DNA of 64,000 bases from assembly GCA_964345565.1 (NCBI GenBank), contig CAYFRO010000002.1:2340-66339 (forward strand), written 5' to 3'. Made by a program: the position numbers and the translations under genes. Below, one piece after another: positions 23,610-35,165 of the stretch. Every line of letters starts with the position of its first letter. The first letter of the stretch is position 1. The DNA is from an uncultured Actinomyces sp. GTDB lineage: Bacteria > Actinomycetota > Actinomycetes > Actinomycetales > Actinomycetaceae. The notes below the pieces were generated by a model. That model saw only the letters and a list, made by a program, of their open reading frames with translations, had not been told where the DNA came from and ran no database searches.

Positions 23610-26600
23610 GTGGCGAAACAGGATTCTTCAAAGCGTTTTCCCCTGCATAGGGACAACCTGGAAGTTGACGCGAAACCGAACTTCCCGGAAATCGAAAAAC
23701 AGGTCCTGGAATACTGGAGCGAAGCAAACACGTTCCAAAAATCTGTCGACCAACGCGAAGCGGGGGAGTCGGGCTCGAACGAGTTCGTTTTCTACGACGG
23801 GCCTCCCTTCGCGAACGGGTTGCCCCACTACGGCCACCTTCTAACCGGCTACGTCAAAGACGTGGTTGGCCGCTACCAGACCCAACTGGGCCGCCGCGTC
23901 GAGCGCCGCTTCGGCTGGGACACCCACGGCCTCCCCGCAGAGCTCGAAACCGAGCGTGAGCTGGGCATCGTCGACAAAACCCAGGTCGAGGGGCCAACGG
24001 GCATCGGCATCAAAGCCTTCAACGACGCCTGCCAGACCTCGGTGCTGCGCTACACGCGCGAATGGGAAGACTACGTCACCCGCCAGGCCCGTTGGGTCGA
24101 TTTCAAGAACGACTACAAGACCCTTGACCCCGAATACATGGAGTCAACCCTTTGGGCATTCAAGACCCTGTTTGACAAGGGCTACATCTACGAGGGCTAC
24201 AGCGTCCTGCCCTACTGCTGGAATGACGAAACCCCGCTGTCCAACCACGAACTCAAGATGGACGACGACATCTACCAGGACCGCCAGGACCAAACGGCCA
24301 CGGTCGGGGTTCCTCTTCTAGACGAGGACGGAAACGCGACAGACGAGCTCGCGCTGATCTGGACGACGACCCCCTGGACGCTCCCGTCCAACCTCGCTAT
24401 CGCCGTCCACCCCAACGTTGACTACGCCGTCGTCACCCCGACAGAGGGTGCCCTTGTCGGCAAGCGGGTCATCATCGCCAAAGAACTACTGGGCCAGTAC
24501 CTGAGCGAACTCGGGGTCGAAACCGAGGAAGAAGCCCTGGAACTGGTCACCGGTCAGGTGAAAGGCAGCGACCTTGAAGGCCGCCGCTACGCGCCCATGT
24601 TCCCCTACTTCGAGGGCCTAGACCCTGACTCAGCGCCAGGACCCGAAGCCTTCCAGATCGTTACTGCCGACTTCGTCACCACCGAGGACGGCACCGGCCT
24701 GGTCCACATGGCCCCCGCATTCGGTGAAGACGACATGAAGGTGTGCAAGGCAAACGGCATCGGCACGGTTGTCCCCGTCGACGACTCCGGAAAGTTCACG
24801 CCCGCCGTTCCCGACTACGAAGGCGTCCAAGTCTTCGACGCAAACCGGCTGATCCTGGCTGACCTGCGTGAAGGAACCGGGCCCATCGCCAGGCTCGAAG
24901 AATCGCGCCGGCCCATCCTGGTGAAGCAAGCTTCCTACCTGCACTCTTACCCTCACTGCTGGCGTTGCCGCCAACCCCTGATCTACCGCGCCGTTTCCTC
25001 GTGGTTCGTAGAAGTCACGAAGTTCCGTGACCGCATGCTGGAACTGAACCAGCAGATCAACTGGGTTCCCGGACACCTAAAGGACGGCCAGTTCGGCAAG
25101 TGGCTTGAAGGGGCCCGCGACTGGTCCATCAGCCGCACCCGCTTCTGGGGCGCGCCCATCCCCGTCTGGAAATCGGACAACCCCGCCTTCCCCAGGATCG
25201 ACGTGTACGGGTCCTACCAGCAGATCGCTGACGACTTCGGGGTCGCAGTGGAAGACGTCAACCTGCACCGTCCCGCCGTCGACACCCTGGTTCGCCCGAA
25301 CCCCGATGATCCCAGCGGGAAAACCATGATGCGCCGCGTCCCCGAAGTCCTGGACTGCTGGTTCGAATCCGGCGCCATGCCCTTCGCTTCCGCCCACTAC
25401 CCGTTCGAAAACCAGGAGTGGTTCGAGGATCACTACCCCGGCGACTTCATCGTCGAATACATCGGGCAGACCCGCGGCTGGTTCTACACCCTGCACGTCC
25501 TGGCGACCGCACTGTTCGACAAGCCCGCATTCAGCACCTCGCTAGTCCACGGAATCATCCTGGGCAATGACGGGCGCAAAATGAGCAAGTCGCTACGCAA
25601 CTACCCGGACGTCACCGGCGTGTTCGACAGCTACGGCAGTGACGCGATGCGCTGGTTCCTGCTGGACTCACCCGTCGTTCGCGGCGGCAACCTAATCGTG
25701 ACTGAAGACGGCATCCGCGGCGCCGTGCGCCAGGTGATCCTTCCGCTTTGGAACACGTACTACTTCCTGACCCTGTACGGCAACGCCTGCAACGGCGGCC
25801 AGGGAATCACCCTGGAACGCCTTGACGCAAGTGGGGACCGTGTCGCCGACCTTCCAGAGATGGACCGCTACCTTTTGGCCCGCACCCTTGAGGTCACGGA
25901 AGAGGTCCGCGCTGCGATGGACGACTATGACATCCCTCGTGCCGCCGCCGCCCTGCGAACCCACTTGGACGTCATCACGAACTGGTACGTGCGCACGCAG
26001 CGGCAGCGTTTCTGGGACGAGGACCAGCGCGCCTTCAACGTCCTTTACACCGCACTCCTGGTTTACACCGAGGTCGCCGCGCCACTGTTGCCGCTTGTAA
26101 CCGAAGAAATCTGGCGGGGCCTCACCGGCGGGGAATCCGTGCACCTCACCGACTACCCGAAGCTGCCGGAAAGCTGGGCTGACCCGGACCTGGTCACAAC
26201 CATGGACGAGATCAGGGACATCGTTTCAGCCGCCCACGCCCTGCGGAAAACAAACTCGGTGCGGGTTCGCCAGCCACTTGGCACCTTGACTGTGGTTGCT
26301 GAAAACCACCAGCGTCTGGAAGCTTTCGCCCCGGTGATCGCGTCCGAGGTCAACGTGAAGGACGTGCGGGCCGTCGCCCCGGAAGCCTCCGGGTTCGAGG
26401 TCACCCACTCGCTCTCTTTGGCCCCGCGCGAGTTTTCGAGCGGCGTTCGCCCCCTGACCTCCAAGCTGTTCTCTGCCGCGAAGTCAGGAGAGTGGGAGTT
26501 CGATCCCGAAAGTGAAACCGTCCTGTTCCCGGGTGTGCTCGTGGATGGTGAGCCGGTCAGGCTCGAAGGCGGCCAGTTCAGCCTGTCAACCGCTGTCAGC

Positions 26601-26912
26601 GGCAGCGGGGAAGAGGTTGCGAGCGTGCTTGACGGGGGCACCTTCGTCGTCCTTGACACCGCCATCACAGACCAGCTGGAAGCAGAAGGCTACGCACGCG
26701 ACCTGGTGCGTTCCATCCAGGACGCACGCAAGGACGCCGGGCTGCACGTGGCAGACCGGATCCGCGTCCGTCTTGTGGTCCCTGAGGGCCGCGGCCAGAC
26801 TGTTGAGGAACACAAAGACATGATCGCCAGCGAGACGCTTGCCCTAGAGCTGGAAGTTACAGAGGGTGAGACCGCCTCGATAACAGTGGAAAGGGCCCAC
26901 TATGACCGATGA
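23610..26912 (+). CDS. ileS: Isoleucine--tRNA ligase (long, type-2/eukaryote-like form common in Actinobacteria)
   Basis: PHYGHLLTG (HIGH) and RKMSKSLRN (KMSKS). 1100 aa. GTG start 6 nt after AAGGA. Confidence 0.95.
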   Translation: MAKQDSSKRFPLHRDNLEVDAKPNFPEIEKQVLEYWSEANTFQKSVDQREAGESGSNEFVFYDGPPFANGLPHYGHLLTGYVKDVVGRYQTQLGRRVERRFGWDTHGLPAELETERELGIVDKTQVEGPTGIGIKAFNDACQTSVLRYTREWEDYVTRQARWVDFKNDYKTLDPEYMESTLWAFKTLFDKGYIYEGYSVLPYCWNDETPLSNHELKMDDDIYQDRQDQTATVGVPLLDEDGNATDELALIWTTTPWTLPSNLAIAVHPNVDYAVVTPTEGALVGKRVIIAKELLGQYLSELGVETEEEALELVTGQVKGSDLEGRRYAPMFPYFEGLDPDSAPGPEAFQIVTADFVTTEDGTGLVHMAPAFGEDDMKVCKANGIGTVVPVDDSGKFTPAVPDYEGVQVFDANRLILADLREGTGPIARLEESRRPILVKQASYLHSYPHCWRCRQPLIYRAVSSWFVEVTKFRDRMLELNQQINWVPGHLKDGQFGKWLEGARDWSISRTRFWGAPIPVWKSDNPAFPRIDVYGSYQQIADDFGVAVEDVNLHRPAVDTLVRPNPDDPSGKTMMRRVPEVLDCWFESGAMPFASAHYPFENQEWFEDHYPGDFIVEYIGQTRGWFYTLHVLATALFDKPAFSTSLVHGIILGNDGRKMSKSLRNYPDVTGVFDSYGSDAMRWFLLDSPVVRGGNLIVTEDGIRGAVRQVILPLWNTYYFLTLYGNACNGGQGITLERLDASGDRVADLPEMDRYLLARTLEVTEEVRAAMDDYDIPRAAAALRTHLDVITNWYVRTQRQRFWDEDQRAFNVLYTALLVYTEVAAPLLPLVTEEIWRGLTGGESVHLTDYPKLPESWADPDLVTTMDEIRDIVSAAHALRKTNSVRVRQPLGTLTVVAENHQRLEAFAPVIASEVNVKDVRAVAPEASGFEVTHSLSLAPREFSSGVRPLTSKLFSAAKSGEWEFDPESETVLFPGVLVDGEPVRLEGGQFSLSTAVSGSGEEVASVLDGGTFVVLDTAITDQLEAEGYARDLVRSIQDARKDAGLHVADRIRVRLVVPEGRGQTVEEHKDMIASETLALELEVTEGETASITVERAHYDR

Positions 26913-28524
26913 AGAGCGGAACGACAGCGCTGACGCCGCGAGCGGCATCGACCCCGAGTTGATCCCGTACCTGCTGGCGGCCGAGGAAGACGACGACGAG
27001 TCGGTTGAAGAGGTAGAAGAACTCCAGGAGACGGAAGACGACGACCTTGAAGCCCTCCGTGCGATAGTCCGCGACACACTGCTGGCTGGCGCAGACCCGG
27101 AGCTGATCGCTTCGATTATGGGTGATGAGGGGGCGGAGGAGATCCCCGAGGACCCTGAGGCCGAACACAAGGCACTACTTGACGAGGCCGAAGCTGAAGC
27201 TGAACTGGGCGTGGTTTACTCTGAGCTGGCAACTCGAACCAACGAGCACCAGTTTGACCCCAGCTTGGAACGCGTCCAGGAGGTCCTCTACATTCTGGGG
27301 GACCCGCAGGACGCCTATCCGATCATCCACGTCGCGGGCACCAACGGAAAAACCTCTACGACGCGGCTGGCGAGCGCCCTGCTGAGCGGGTTTGGCCTGC
27401 GTAGTGGAACCTTCACTTCGCCCCACCTGCAAAGCGTCCGCGAACGGATCCAAATCAATGGGGAGCCGCTCTCGGCAAAAGAGTTCTTGGCGGCCTGGAG
27501 GGACGTGGAGCCCTACATTCAGTTGGTTGACCAGAAGGCCGCGGAGGCGGGCGGCCCCCAGGTTTCTTACTTCGAGGCACTCACCATTACGGCGCTGGCG
27601 GCTTTTGCCGACATCCCCGTCGACGTCGCCGTGATCGAGACCGGCCTGGGCGGGCGCTGGGACGCGACTAACGTGGCGCCATCCGGCGTGCAGGTGATCA
27701 CGCCAATCTCGCTTGAGCACCAGAACTACCTTGGTGATTCGCTTGAAGAGATTGCCGGGGAGAAAGCTCAGATCATCAAAGATGGTGGGATTGCCGTTGT
27801 GGCGGCCCAGGAGCCGGCGGCGCTGGCTGTGATTGAAGCGCGTTGCGCGGAGGTTGATGCGCTGATGCGGTTAGAGGGGCGCGACTGGGCTGTCGAGTCT
27901 CGCCAAAGCGGCGTTGGCGGGCAACTGATTTCCGTGCGGACCCCGGCCGCGCTTTACGAGGATCTGTTCGTTCCGCTCCACGGCGCCCACCAGGCGCAAA
28001 ACGCGGCAGCTGCCCTGGTAGCCGTAGAAGCCATGATGGGTGGGAAAGCACTCCAGGCCGAGGTTGTTGAGCAGGGCTTTATGCAGGCGCGTTCACCCGG
28101 GCGCCTGGAAATCGTGCGCCGCTCACCCACGGTCATCGTGGACGCCGCACACAACCCCGCCGGTGTTGAAGCGATGAGGCAGGGACTCATCGAGGCCTTC
28201 CAACTCGACTACCTGGTCGGCGTCTTCTCAGCGATGGCAGATAAGCAGATCGAAACAATGCTGGTTGAGATCGAGCCGGTCATGGAGCGTATCGTGATCA
28301 CTTCCATGCCTTCTCCTCGGGCAGCTGACGTTGATCAGCTGATGGAAATCGCAGTCGACGTCTTCGGGGAAGATCGGGTGAGCCGTGAGGACAACCTGGT
28401 TGACGCGCTTGACGAAGCGACCAGGTTGATGGACGAACCCAGCGACCCAAGCCTGCAACGGGCCGTCGTTGTTTTTGGGTCCATCATGTTGGATGGCGCC
28501 GCGCGGGCACTGTTCGACAAGTAG
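26902..28524 (+). CDS. folC: Bifunctional folylpolyglutamate synthase / dihydrofolate synthase with a long acidic N-terminal extension
   Basis: [15 protein letters not shown]-loop and a Mur-ligase-like body. The ATG overlaps the ileS stop by 11 nt. The first ~100 aa are D/E-rich, so the true start is uncertain. Confidence 0.88.
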   Translation: MTDEERNDSADAASGIDPELIPYLLAAEEDDDESVEEVEELQETEDDDLEALRAIVRDTLLAGADPELIASIMGDEGAEEIPEDPEAEHKALLDEAEAEAELGVVYSELATRTNEHQFDPSLERVQEVLYILGDPQDAYPIIHVAGTNGKTSTTRLASALLSGFGLRSGTFTSPHLQSVRERIQINGEPLSAKEFLAAWRDVEPYIQLVDQKAAEAGGPQVSYFEALTITALAAFADIPVDVAVIETGLGGRWDATNVAPSGVQVITPISLEHQNYLGDSLEEIAGEKAQIIKDGGIAVVAAQEPAALAVIEARCAEVDALMRLEGRDWAVESRQSGVGGQLISVRTPAALYEDLFVPLHGAHQAQNAAAALVAVEAMMGGKALQAEVVEQGFMQARSPGRLEIVRRSPTVIVDAAHNPAGVEAMRQGLIEAFQLDYLVGVFSAMADKQIETMLVEIEPVMERIVITSMPSPRAADVDQLMEIAVDVFGEDRVSREDNLVDALDEATRLMDEPSDPSLQRAVVVFGSIMLDGAARALFDK

Positions 28525-28607
28525 GGAGCCCCTCGGCCCACAATGTCCGGTCCACAGTGGCAAGATGGCAGGTGGGCCTGCAGGTGGCGGGCAAGGGGGA
28601 GGCGGCG

Positions 28608-29603
28608 GTGAAAAAGCTCATTAATGACCCACAGGATGTGGTGACTGAAACACTGGAGGGTTTTGCCCTAGCCCACCCCGACCTGGTTGATGTTCACCTT
28701 GATCCAAACTGGGTGGGGCGCGCAAAACCTAAAGAGCAGGGGAAAGTTGCCCTGGTTTCTGGCGGCGGGTCCGGCCACGAACCACTGCACGCAGGCTACG
28801 TCGGGGAAGGGATGCTGGATGCTGCGGTTCCCGGCCCCGTCTTTACCTCCCCAACCCCGGACCCCATTTTGGAGGCCACACAGGCGGTAGATCGTGGGGC
28901 AGGAGTCCTGTTCATCATCAAGAACTACACGGGGGACGTCCTCAACTTTGAAACTGCTGCCGACCTTGCAGAGATGGAGGACATCGCTGTCCAATCCGTT
29001 CTGGTGGATGATGACTGCGCCGTTGAAGACTCCCTTTACACCGCGGGACGCCGGGGCGTCGCAGGAACCGTTTTCGTTGAGAAGATCGCCGGGGCCGCTG
29101 CTGAGGCGGGACGTAGCTTGGAAGAAGTTGCGGCAGTCGCTGAAAAGGTCAACAGGAACACTCGTTCGATGGGATTGGCGCTTGGGCCCTGCACGGTTCC
29201 CCACGCTGGCAGGCCCTCGTTCGACCTCAGTGAAGATGAGATCGAGCTGGGCATCGGTATCCACGGGGAACCCGGCTACCGCCGCGGACCCATGGAAGAC
29301 GCCGACTCACTGACTCTTGAGCTTTACGCCCAGGTCCGCGACGATCTCCGGCTGAAACAGGGCGACCGCGTGGTTGCGCTTGTAAACGGGATGGGCGGAA
29401 CACCGGAGTCCGAGCTTTACATTGTTTTCCGCAGGCTCGCCACGCTACTGAAAGAAGACGGGATCGAGCTGGCACGCCCTATGGTTGGTAACTACGTGAC
29501 CAGCCTCGAGATGCCTGGAGTTTCCATCTCGCTGTTACGTGCTGACGACGAGCTCTTGGAACTATTCGACGCACCCGTCCGCACTGTTGCCTGGTCCAAC
29601 TGA
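28608..29603 (+). CDS. dhaK: Dihydroxyacetone kinase subunit DhaK
   Basis: [11 protein letters not shown].., [21 protein letters not shown] 28608 is preceded by AAGGGGGAGG. Confidence 0.9.
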   Translation: MKKLINDPQDVVTETLEGFALAHPDLVDVHLDPNWVGRAKPKEQGKVALVSGGGSGHEPLHAGYVGEGMLDAAVPGPVFTSPTPDPILEATQAVDRGAGVLFIIKNYTGDVLNFETAADLAEMEDIAVQSVLVDDDCAVEDSLYTAGRRGVAGTVFVEKIAGAAAEAGRSLEEVAAVAEKVNRNTRSMGLALGPCTVPHAGRPSFDLSEDEIELGIGIHGEPGYRRGPMEDADSLTLELYAQVRDDLRLKQGDRVVALVNGMGGTPESELYIVFRRLATLLKEDGIELARPMVGNYVTSLEMPGVSISLLRADDELLELFDAPVRTVAWSN

Positions 29604-29636
29604 CCGACTAAGAACCATCAAGGGTAAGGACTAGAC

Positions 29637-30278
29637 ATGCCTCAAAGTCTCGACTGGGCACGCAAATGGGTCACCGATTCCGCCAAGGTGATCGCGGACA
29701 ACCGCGAGTACTTGATCGAACTGGACCGCCAAATCGGGGACGGGGACCACGGTGAAAACCTCGACCGCGGGTTCACTGCGGTGGTTCGCGGTGATGGTCT
29801 CAAGTCCGCAGAAACCGCGCAGGACCTCCTTAAGTACGTCGCGAAGACGCTACTCTCAACTGTTGGTGGGGCGGCCGGCCCGCTCTATGGCACCGCGTAC
29901 CTGCGGGCAGCGAGTGAGGTCTCCGGTGAAGAACTGAAGCCGGAGCAGGTTGGGGCAATGCTTGTTGCCGCAACCCAGGGGGTCCAGGCGCGGGGTAAGG
30001 CCGTAGCGGGCGAAAAGACCATGGTCGATGCCTGGTTGCCCGCCGCGGATGCGGCATGCGCTGCCGCCGATGAAGGGGTCTTGGCCGCGTTCGAGGCCGC
30101 GGCTTTCGCGGCTGAGGCCGGTGCGGAAGCCACGAAACCGCTGAAGGCATCGAAGGGGCGCGCGTCCTATCTGGGACAACGTTCTATTGGACACCTGGAC
30201 CCGGGCGCGGTCTCCTCGGCCTTGATCCTGCGCAGTGCAGCAGATGCGGCCCAGGAAATCTACGGACAGGAATCGTAA
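29637..30278 (+). CDS. dhaL: Dihydroxyacetone kinase ADP-binding subunit DhaL
   Basis: LDRQIGDGDHGENL, GGAAGPLYG, ASKGRASYLG. Confidence 0.9.
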   Translation: MPQSLDWARKWVTDSAKVIADNREYLIELDRQIGDGDHGENLDRGFTAVVRGDGLKSAETAQDLLKYVAKTLLSTVGGAAGPLYGTAYLRAASEVSGEELKPEQVGAMLVAATQGVQARGKAVAGEKTMVDAWLPAADAACAAADEGVLAAFEAAAFAAEAGAEATKPLKASKGRASYLGQRSIGHLDPGAVSSALILRSAADAAQEIYGQES

Positions 30279-30288
30279 AGGAGCTACG

Positions 30289-30996
30289 TTGGGCCCGCGT
30301 GTAGCGATCGTTCTGGTTTCCCACTCTCGCCTGATTGCCGAAGGCACGAAAGAGCTGGCTGCACAGATGGCACCCGATGTTCACATCGGGGCCTGCGGCG
30401 GGAACCCGAACGGTGGTTTGGGGACCTCGTTTGATGCAGTGGAAATGGCTACCGGTGAAGCGTTGCGAGCTTCCGGTGGGGCAGGCGTCGTTTTGTTGTC
30501 TGACCTGGGGTCCGCGGCTATGACCATCGAAGCTGTCATTGAGATGGCTGAGCATCCGGACTTGCTACGGCACGCTACGGGGCCGTTTGTCGAAGGCGCT
30601 GTCATGGCGTCTATCAATGCGCAGGCTGGAAGCCCTTTAGACCAGGTTGCGGACGGTATCACCGAGGCGACGCGACTGATGTGCCAGACGTTGCCCCAAG
30701 AAGAGGAAGCAACGGAGAGCGGAGCGGGGACCGTCACCCGCACGGCAGTCGTGACCGATGAGGCGGGGCTCCATGCTCGCCCTGCGGCGAAACTGGCAGC
30801 GCTCGCCTCGACCTTTGAAAGCCAGACGACCGTGGCGGGGGTCAACGCGCGGTCGGCGATTGCGGTGATGGCCCTGCTGCTTCCTTGCGGGCGGGAAGTC
30901 GAGATCACTGCGCTGGGGCCCGATGCAGATGCGGCTGCGCAGGCGCTTTGCGACGCAATCACAGTCGGTTTTGATGTTGAAGACCAACAGGACTGA
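30289..30996 (+). CDS. dhaM: PTS-dependent dihydroxyacetone kinase phosphotransferase subunit DhaM (EIIA-Man-like plus HPr-like domains)
   Basis: IVLVSHSRLIAEG (EIIA-Man-type His) and GLHARPAAKLAAL (HPr-type His). TTG 30289 is preceded by AAAGGAG. No EI-like domain. Confidence 0.85.
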   Translation: MGPRVAIVLVSHSRLIAEGTKELAAQMAPDVHIGACGGNPNGGLGTSFDAVEMATGEALRASGGAGVVLLSDLGSAAMTIEAVIEMAEHPDLLRHATGPFVEGAVMASINAQAGSPLDQVADGITEATRLMCQTLPQEEEATESGAGTVTRTAVVTDEAGLHARPAAKLAALASTFESQTTVAGVNARSAIAVMALLLPCGREVEITALGPDADAAAQALCDAITVGFDVEDQQD

Positions 30997-31029
30997 CCGG
31001 GCAGCAGAAAAGAAAGAGTAAGGAGCAAC

Positions 31030-31500
31030 ATGCCAACCCCCGACCTTTTAGATTCGGACAAGGAACACACCCTTCTTTTGGTGAAGCCAGACGGGTTCTC
31101 CAGGGGCCTGACCGGAGAGGTCCTGCGGCGCATCGAAGCCAAGGGCTATGTCCTGAAGGGACTGAAGATCAAGGTTGCGTCCGAATCGCTTCTTGGTGAA
31201 CATTACGAAGAGCACAAGGGGCGGTCGTTCTACCCCGCGATGATCAACTACATGATGGCGGGCCCGGTCGTTGCAGCTGTGGTGGAAGGCGACCGCGTTA
31301 TCGAGGGCGTGCGCAACATCGTTGGTGCAACTAATCCCACGCTTGCGGCCGCAGGCACGATCCGGGGCGACCTGGGCCGGGATTGGGGGACAGAAGTGGT
31401 AGAGAACGTTGTCCACGCGTCTGACTCCGAGACTTCTGCAATCAGGGAGATCGCGCTTTGGTTCCCTGAGCTTGGCTACCAGGACGACGCCCTGGCCTAG
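31030..31500 (+). CDS. ndk: Nucleoside-diphosphate kinase
   Basis: TLLLVKPDG, YMMAGPVVA, NVVHASDS (active-site His). AAGGAG RBS. Confidence 0.95.
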   Translation: MPTPDLLDSDKEHTLLLVKPDGFSRGLTGEVLRRIEAKGYVLKGLKIKVASESLLGEHYEEHKGRSFYPAMINYMMAGPVVAAVVEGDRVIEGVRNIVGATNPTLAAAGTIRGDLGRDWGTEVVENVVHASDSETSAIREIALWFPELGYQDDALA

Positions 31501-31519
31501 GGCAAGATCAGACTAATCC

Positions 31520-34500
31520 GTGTACCTAAAAGACCTGACCCTGCGTGGTTTCAAGTCTTTTGCTTCTGCCACCCGGTTCCATTTTGAGCCAGGCATCACT
31601 GCGATTGTTGGCCCGAATGGTTCCGGGAAGTCGAACGTTGTCGACGCGATTGCCTGGGTTATGGGCGAGCAGGGAGCCAAATCTCTTCGCGGCGCAAACA
31701 TGGCCGATGTCGTCTTTGCCGGTTCAAAGTCCCGCCCGGCATTGGGGCGTGCGCAGGTTGAGCTGACGATCGACAACTCTGATGGGCGGTTACCAATCGC
31801 CTACTCCGAAGTCACGATCTCTAGGACCATGTTCCGTTCCGGAGGGTCCGAGTACGCAATCAACAGGCAACCCGTGCGCCTTCTTGATGTTCAAGAGCTG
31901 CTGTCTGACACCGGCCTTGGACGGCAGATGCACGTCATCGTCGGGCAGGGGCAACTGGACGCGGTCTTAAGCGCAACCCCAGTTGAACGCCGCCTGTTCA
32001 TCGACGAGGCCGCGGGGGTGGCGAAGCATAGGAAACGGAAAGAGCGCGCCCTGCGCAAGCTTGAGACCATGGACCAGAACCTGGTCCGGGTCCTAGACCT
32101 AACAGAAGAGATCCGCAGGCAGCTACGGCCGCTTGCCCGGCAGGCGAAGGCAGCCCGGGAAGCAGCGGGGGTTCAGGAACGGGTCAGGTATGCCAGGTCA
32201 CGCCTGCTGGCTGCGGACCTGGCCGACTCGGCGTCACGACTGGAGAAAGAGCGGGCCTCACTTGCTGCCATGCGTTCTGCAAACGCTGAATCCGAAGGGA
32301 CCGCCAGGGCGGTTTCCTTGAAGCTCACTGAAGCGCGGGGGGAACTGACCAGGCTTACGGCGCTGGGCGACAGGGTTCAGGAACGCTACCGGGACTACCG
32401 CGAGTTGGTGGGCAGGTTCAACGCCATTGCTGACCTGGCAGCAGAGAGGGCTGCCGCCGCGGCGCGCGTACCCCTGGCCATCACTGACGATGCCGTGAAC
32501 ATTGCTTTTGAGCGCGCGAAAGAAGCCCAGGTTGAAGCCGACCAGGCCGCGTCCTCGGCGGAGCTCGCCGAGCAGGCCTTGCGTGAAGCTCAGGCAAAGC
32601 GCGAGCAGCAACAGGACGTCACCGCGGGACTTCGGATCAGCCTTGGGAAGCAGCAATCGAAACACCAGCAGGCTCTTGAGGACTACCGGGCGTTTGAGGC
32701 TTCGAAGCAAAGGGCCCTCGCACGCTTGGAGGCTGCGGAGCAACGGGTCGTCACCGCGGAGCGAGCACTTGACCAAAGCCGCGCCAGGCTGGAAGCCCTC
32801 CCGCAGCTACCTCCCGAACCTGAGGCAGAAGGGGGCGGGCCTCTGCAACGCGCGTACGACGCCGCTGTCGCGCAGGAGGCCGCGGCCCGTGACCAGGTGG
32901 AAAAAGAGGAAAAAGCGGAACGCGCGGCCACCCAGGAAGCGACCCGGAGGTCATCCCAGGCCGAAACGTTAGCGCGGTCGCTGGGGCAAATGCTGGCCGG
33001 ACCGGCGGGTGCCGCCAAGAAGCCGTGGGCTCGCCAGGTCGCTGAGGCATCCAAACAGGGGGCTTTGGGTCAGTTGCTTTCCGTGGAGCCCGGCTGGGAA
33101 CGGGCGCTAGAGGCTCTGCTGGGCGCGATGGACTCCGCCCGGGTTCTGGACCCTGGAGCGAGCGCTGAAGCTTTGCTTGAGGGCGCCGGCGACAGCGGCT
33201 ACGACGGCGTCACCGGGATGGTTAGTGAAGGCCAGGCAAGCAACGGCGCCGCCCGCGAACAGGTAAGCGAGCACGGATTGCCGGCGCTTAGCGTCACCTC
33301 GGCCCCCGAAACTTTGTCGGCGGCACTGGAAGAACTGCTTGGCCTCTGCTGGGTCAGTGAGTCCCTTGAGACGGCCTCTGCACTCCTGGACTCCTTGCCT
33401 AAGGGGAGCCACCACGTTGTCGCAACCCGGGACGGGGCCGTTCTAACCCGGCACTCCGTGCGGCTTCCGGGCGGTTCTGGGGTCTCAGCACTGCGGCTCA
33501 AAGCCGAGCACTCCGCCGCAGCGGCGGCTGCCGAGGCCGCGCAACGGCACCTCAAAGAGGTTTCAAAGAAGGCCAGCAAGGCACGTTCGCTCTTACTTTC
33601 AGCCACTGCGGCACGCGAGTCCGCGCTTGAGCAGCTACGCGCGTTCGATGCTGAACGAGCCCAGGTCGCGGGGGAGCGGGCGCGGGTTTCAGCGCTGATC
33701 CACGCGGGCCAGGCTGAAAGCAGGCGGGCCGAGGAAACCCTGGAGGCGGTCGTGAAGAGCCTGGAGCAAAGTCGTGCTTCGCTCAAAGAAGTCGAAGCGC
33801 ACGAGGTTCCTAAGCCAGCGCCCGCCCAGGACTTTTTGGCAGGCGGAACCGCGGACCTGGAACAGGGCGAGGCTCTGCTTGAAACCGCAAGGGAACAAGA
33901 GAGCGCGGCACGGATGGAAGCTCACGTCGCCCGCGAACGCGCCAGGTCCGCGTCGAAGAATTCGCGAGCCTTCAGGGCTCAGGCCGAACGTCTAAGTGGG
34001 GAGCGCACCCGGCAGCTAGAAAAAGAGTCTCGCGCCCGCAAGGTTGGCGAAGCGGCAACTGCGATTGCACAGCGTGCTCGCGGCGGGGCCAGGCGGGCCG
34101 CAGCGGGCGCCTCGGAATGCGAAGCGGAGAGGGACGGGCTGGCAACGCGCCGTCAGCTCAGCCAGGCAGCAACAGAGCGCATGCAAACCGAGCTTGCGGG
34201 GATTGAAGCGGCTCGGGGCGGTGCCAGGGAACAGCTACTTCAGGCAGAGGTAGCGTTCGCGAGTCTTCAGGGAACTCACGAGAGCAATCAGCTCCAGGCC
34301 CTCGAGTTCCTAGGCCTCAGCGTTCCAAGCCAGGACACTCTGGAATGGCAGAGTGAGGTTGACGACAAATTGCAGGGATTCTCCAGGCAGTTCGGACCCC
34401 ACAACCCTTGGGAAGGTGAAGAAGCGGGGGAGGCCGTAGCCTTCGATCGCGCGCTGGCCGGGGAGTCCTTAGCCAGGGCCGAACGGCAGTTGGCGCGACT

Positions 34501-35092
34501 GGGAGTAGTGAACCCGCTCGCGGTAGAGGAGCACGCGGCGCTGAAGTCGCGCCTGGACTTCCTGCTGGGGCAGGTGGAGGACTTGGGACGGTCAAAGGCG
34601 GACCTCCTCGAACTGATCCGCGAGGTGGACGCGCAGGTTCGGGAATCCTTCAACGCGGCTTTTGCCGACACTGCGGAACAGTTCAAGGTCGTGTTCGAGC
34701 ACCTTTTCCCCGGTGGCAAGGGACGACTTGAGCTGACAGACCCGGACGACCCGCTTGAGACAGGGGTTGAAATCTATGCCCGCCCCGCCGGCAAGCGGGT
34801 GACAAGATTGTCTCTTCTGAGTGGCGGAGAGCGGTCTCTAGCGGCTCTTGCCTACCTGATTGCCATCTTCCGGGCGCGACCTTCCCCGTTCTATGTGATG
34901 GACGAGGTGGAGGCGGCACTCGACGATACGAACCTGTCGCGTGTGCTTAGCCTGTTCCAAGACCTGAGCCTGGAGAGCCAGTTGCTGGTGATCACCCACC
35001 AGAAGCGAACCATGGAAATCGCAAGCGCACTTTACGGCGTGTCCATGAAGGACGGTGTCTCAGCTGTAGTGTCACACAAGATGGAACCCTAG
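31520..35092 (+). CDS. smc: Chromosome segregation protein SMC
   Basis: (M)YLKDLTLRGFKSFA, GPNGSGKSN, long Ala/Glu/Arg coiled coils, LSGGERSLAALAY, FYVMDEVEAALD. 1190 aa. Confidence 0.95.
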   Translation: MYLKDLTLRGFKSFASATRFHFEPGITAIVGPNGSGKSNVVDAIAWVMGEQGAKSLRGANMADVVFAGSKSRPALGRAQVELTIDNSDGRLPIAYSEVTISRTMFRSGGSEYAINRQPVRLLDVQELLSDTGLGRQMHVIVGQGQLDAVLSATPVERRLFIDEAAGVAKHRKRKERALRKLETMDQNLVRVLDLTEEIRRQLRPLARQAKAAREAAGVQERVRYARSRLLAADLADSASRLEKERASLAAMRSANAESEGTARAVSLKLTEARGELTRLTALGDRVQERYRDYRELVGRFNAIADLAAERAAAAARVPLAITDDAVNIAFERAKEAQVEADQAASSAELAEQALREAQAKREQQQDVTAGLRISLGKQQSKHQQALEDYRAFEASKQRALARLEAAEQRVVTAERALDQSRARLEALPQLPPEPEAEGGGPLQRAYDAAVAQEAAARDQVEKEEKAERAATQEATRRSSQAETLARSLGQMLAGPAGAAKKPWARQVAEASKQGALGQLLSVEPGWERALEALLGAMDSARVLDPGASAEALLEGAGDSGYDGVTGMVSEGQASNGAAREQVSEHGLPALSVTSAPETLSAALEELLGLCWVSESLETASALLDSLPKGSHHVVATRDGAVLTRHSVRLPGGSGVSALRLKAEHSAAAAAAEAAQRHLKEVSKKASKARSLLLSATAARESALEQLRAFDAERAQVAGERARVSALIHAGQAESRRAEETLEAVVKSLEQSRASLKEVEAHEVPKPAPAQDFLAGGTADLEQGEALLETAREQESAARMEAHVARERARSASKNSRAFRAQAERLSGERTRQLEKESRARKVGEAATAIAQRARGGARRAAAGASECEAERDGLATRRQLSQAATERMQTELAGIEAARGGAREQLLQAEVAFASLQGTHESNQLQALEFLGLSVPSQDTLEWQSEVDDKLQGFSRQFGPHNPWEGEEAGEAVAFDRALAGESLARAERQLARLGVVNPLAVEEHAALKSRLDFLLGQVEDLGRSKADLLELIREVDAQVRESFNAAFADTAEQFKVVFEHLFPGGKGRLELTDPDDPLETGVEIYARPAGKRVTRLSLLSGGERSLAALAYLIAIFRARPSPFYVMDEVEAALDDTNLSRVLSLFQDLSLESQLLVITHQKRTMEIASALYGVSMKDGVSAVVSHKMEP

Positions 35093-35165
35093 ATAGCCTA
35101 GAATCAGGGGGCCGGAACACCAGCCTGCCCGGCCGGTGTCGGTTTTAGCTACGGAAGGGGAAGGC

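Noticed and set aside
23021-23650. 209-aa plus-strand ORF, and several 70-150-aa ORFs on both strands, spanning the SSB upstream region, the 14-bp repeats and the T-box.
   Set aside because: The translation runs straight through tandem DNA repeats (..ALVVPHLWFRACGSALVVP..) and through the T-box RNA element. It has no RBS or domain signature, and it overlaps the real SSB start.
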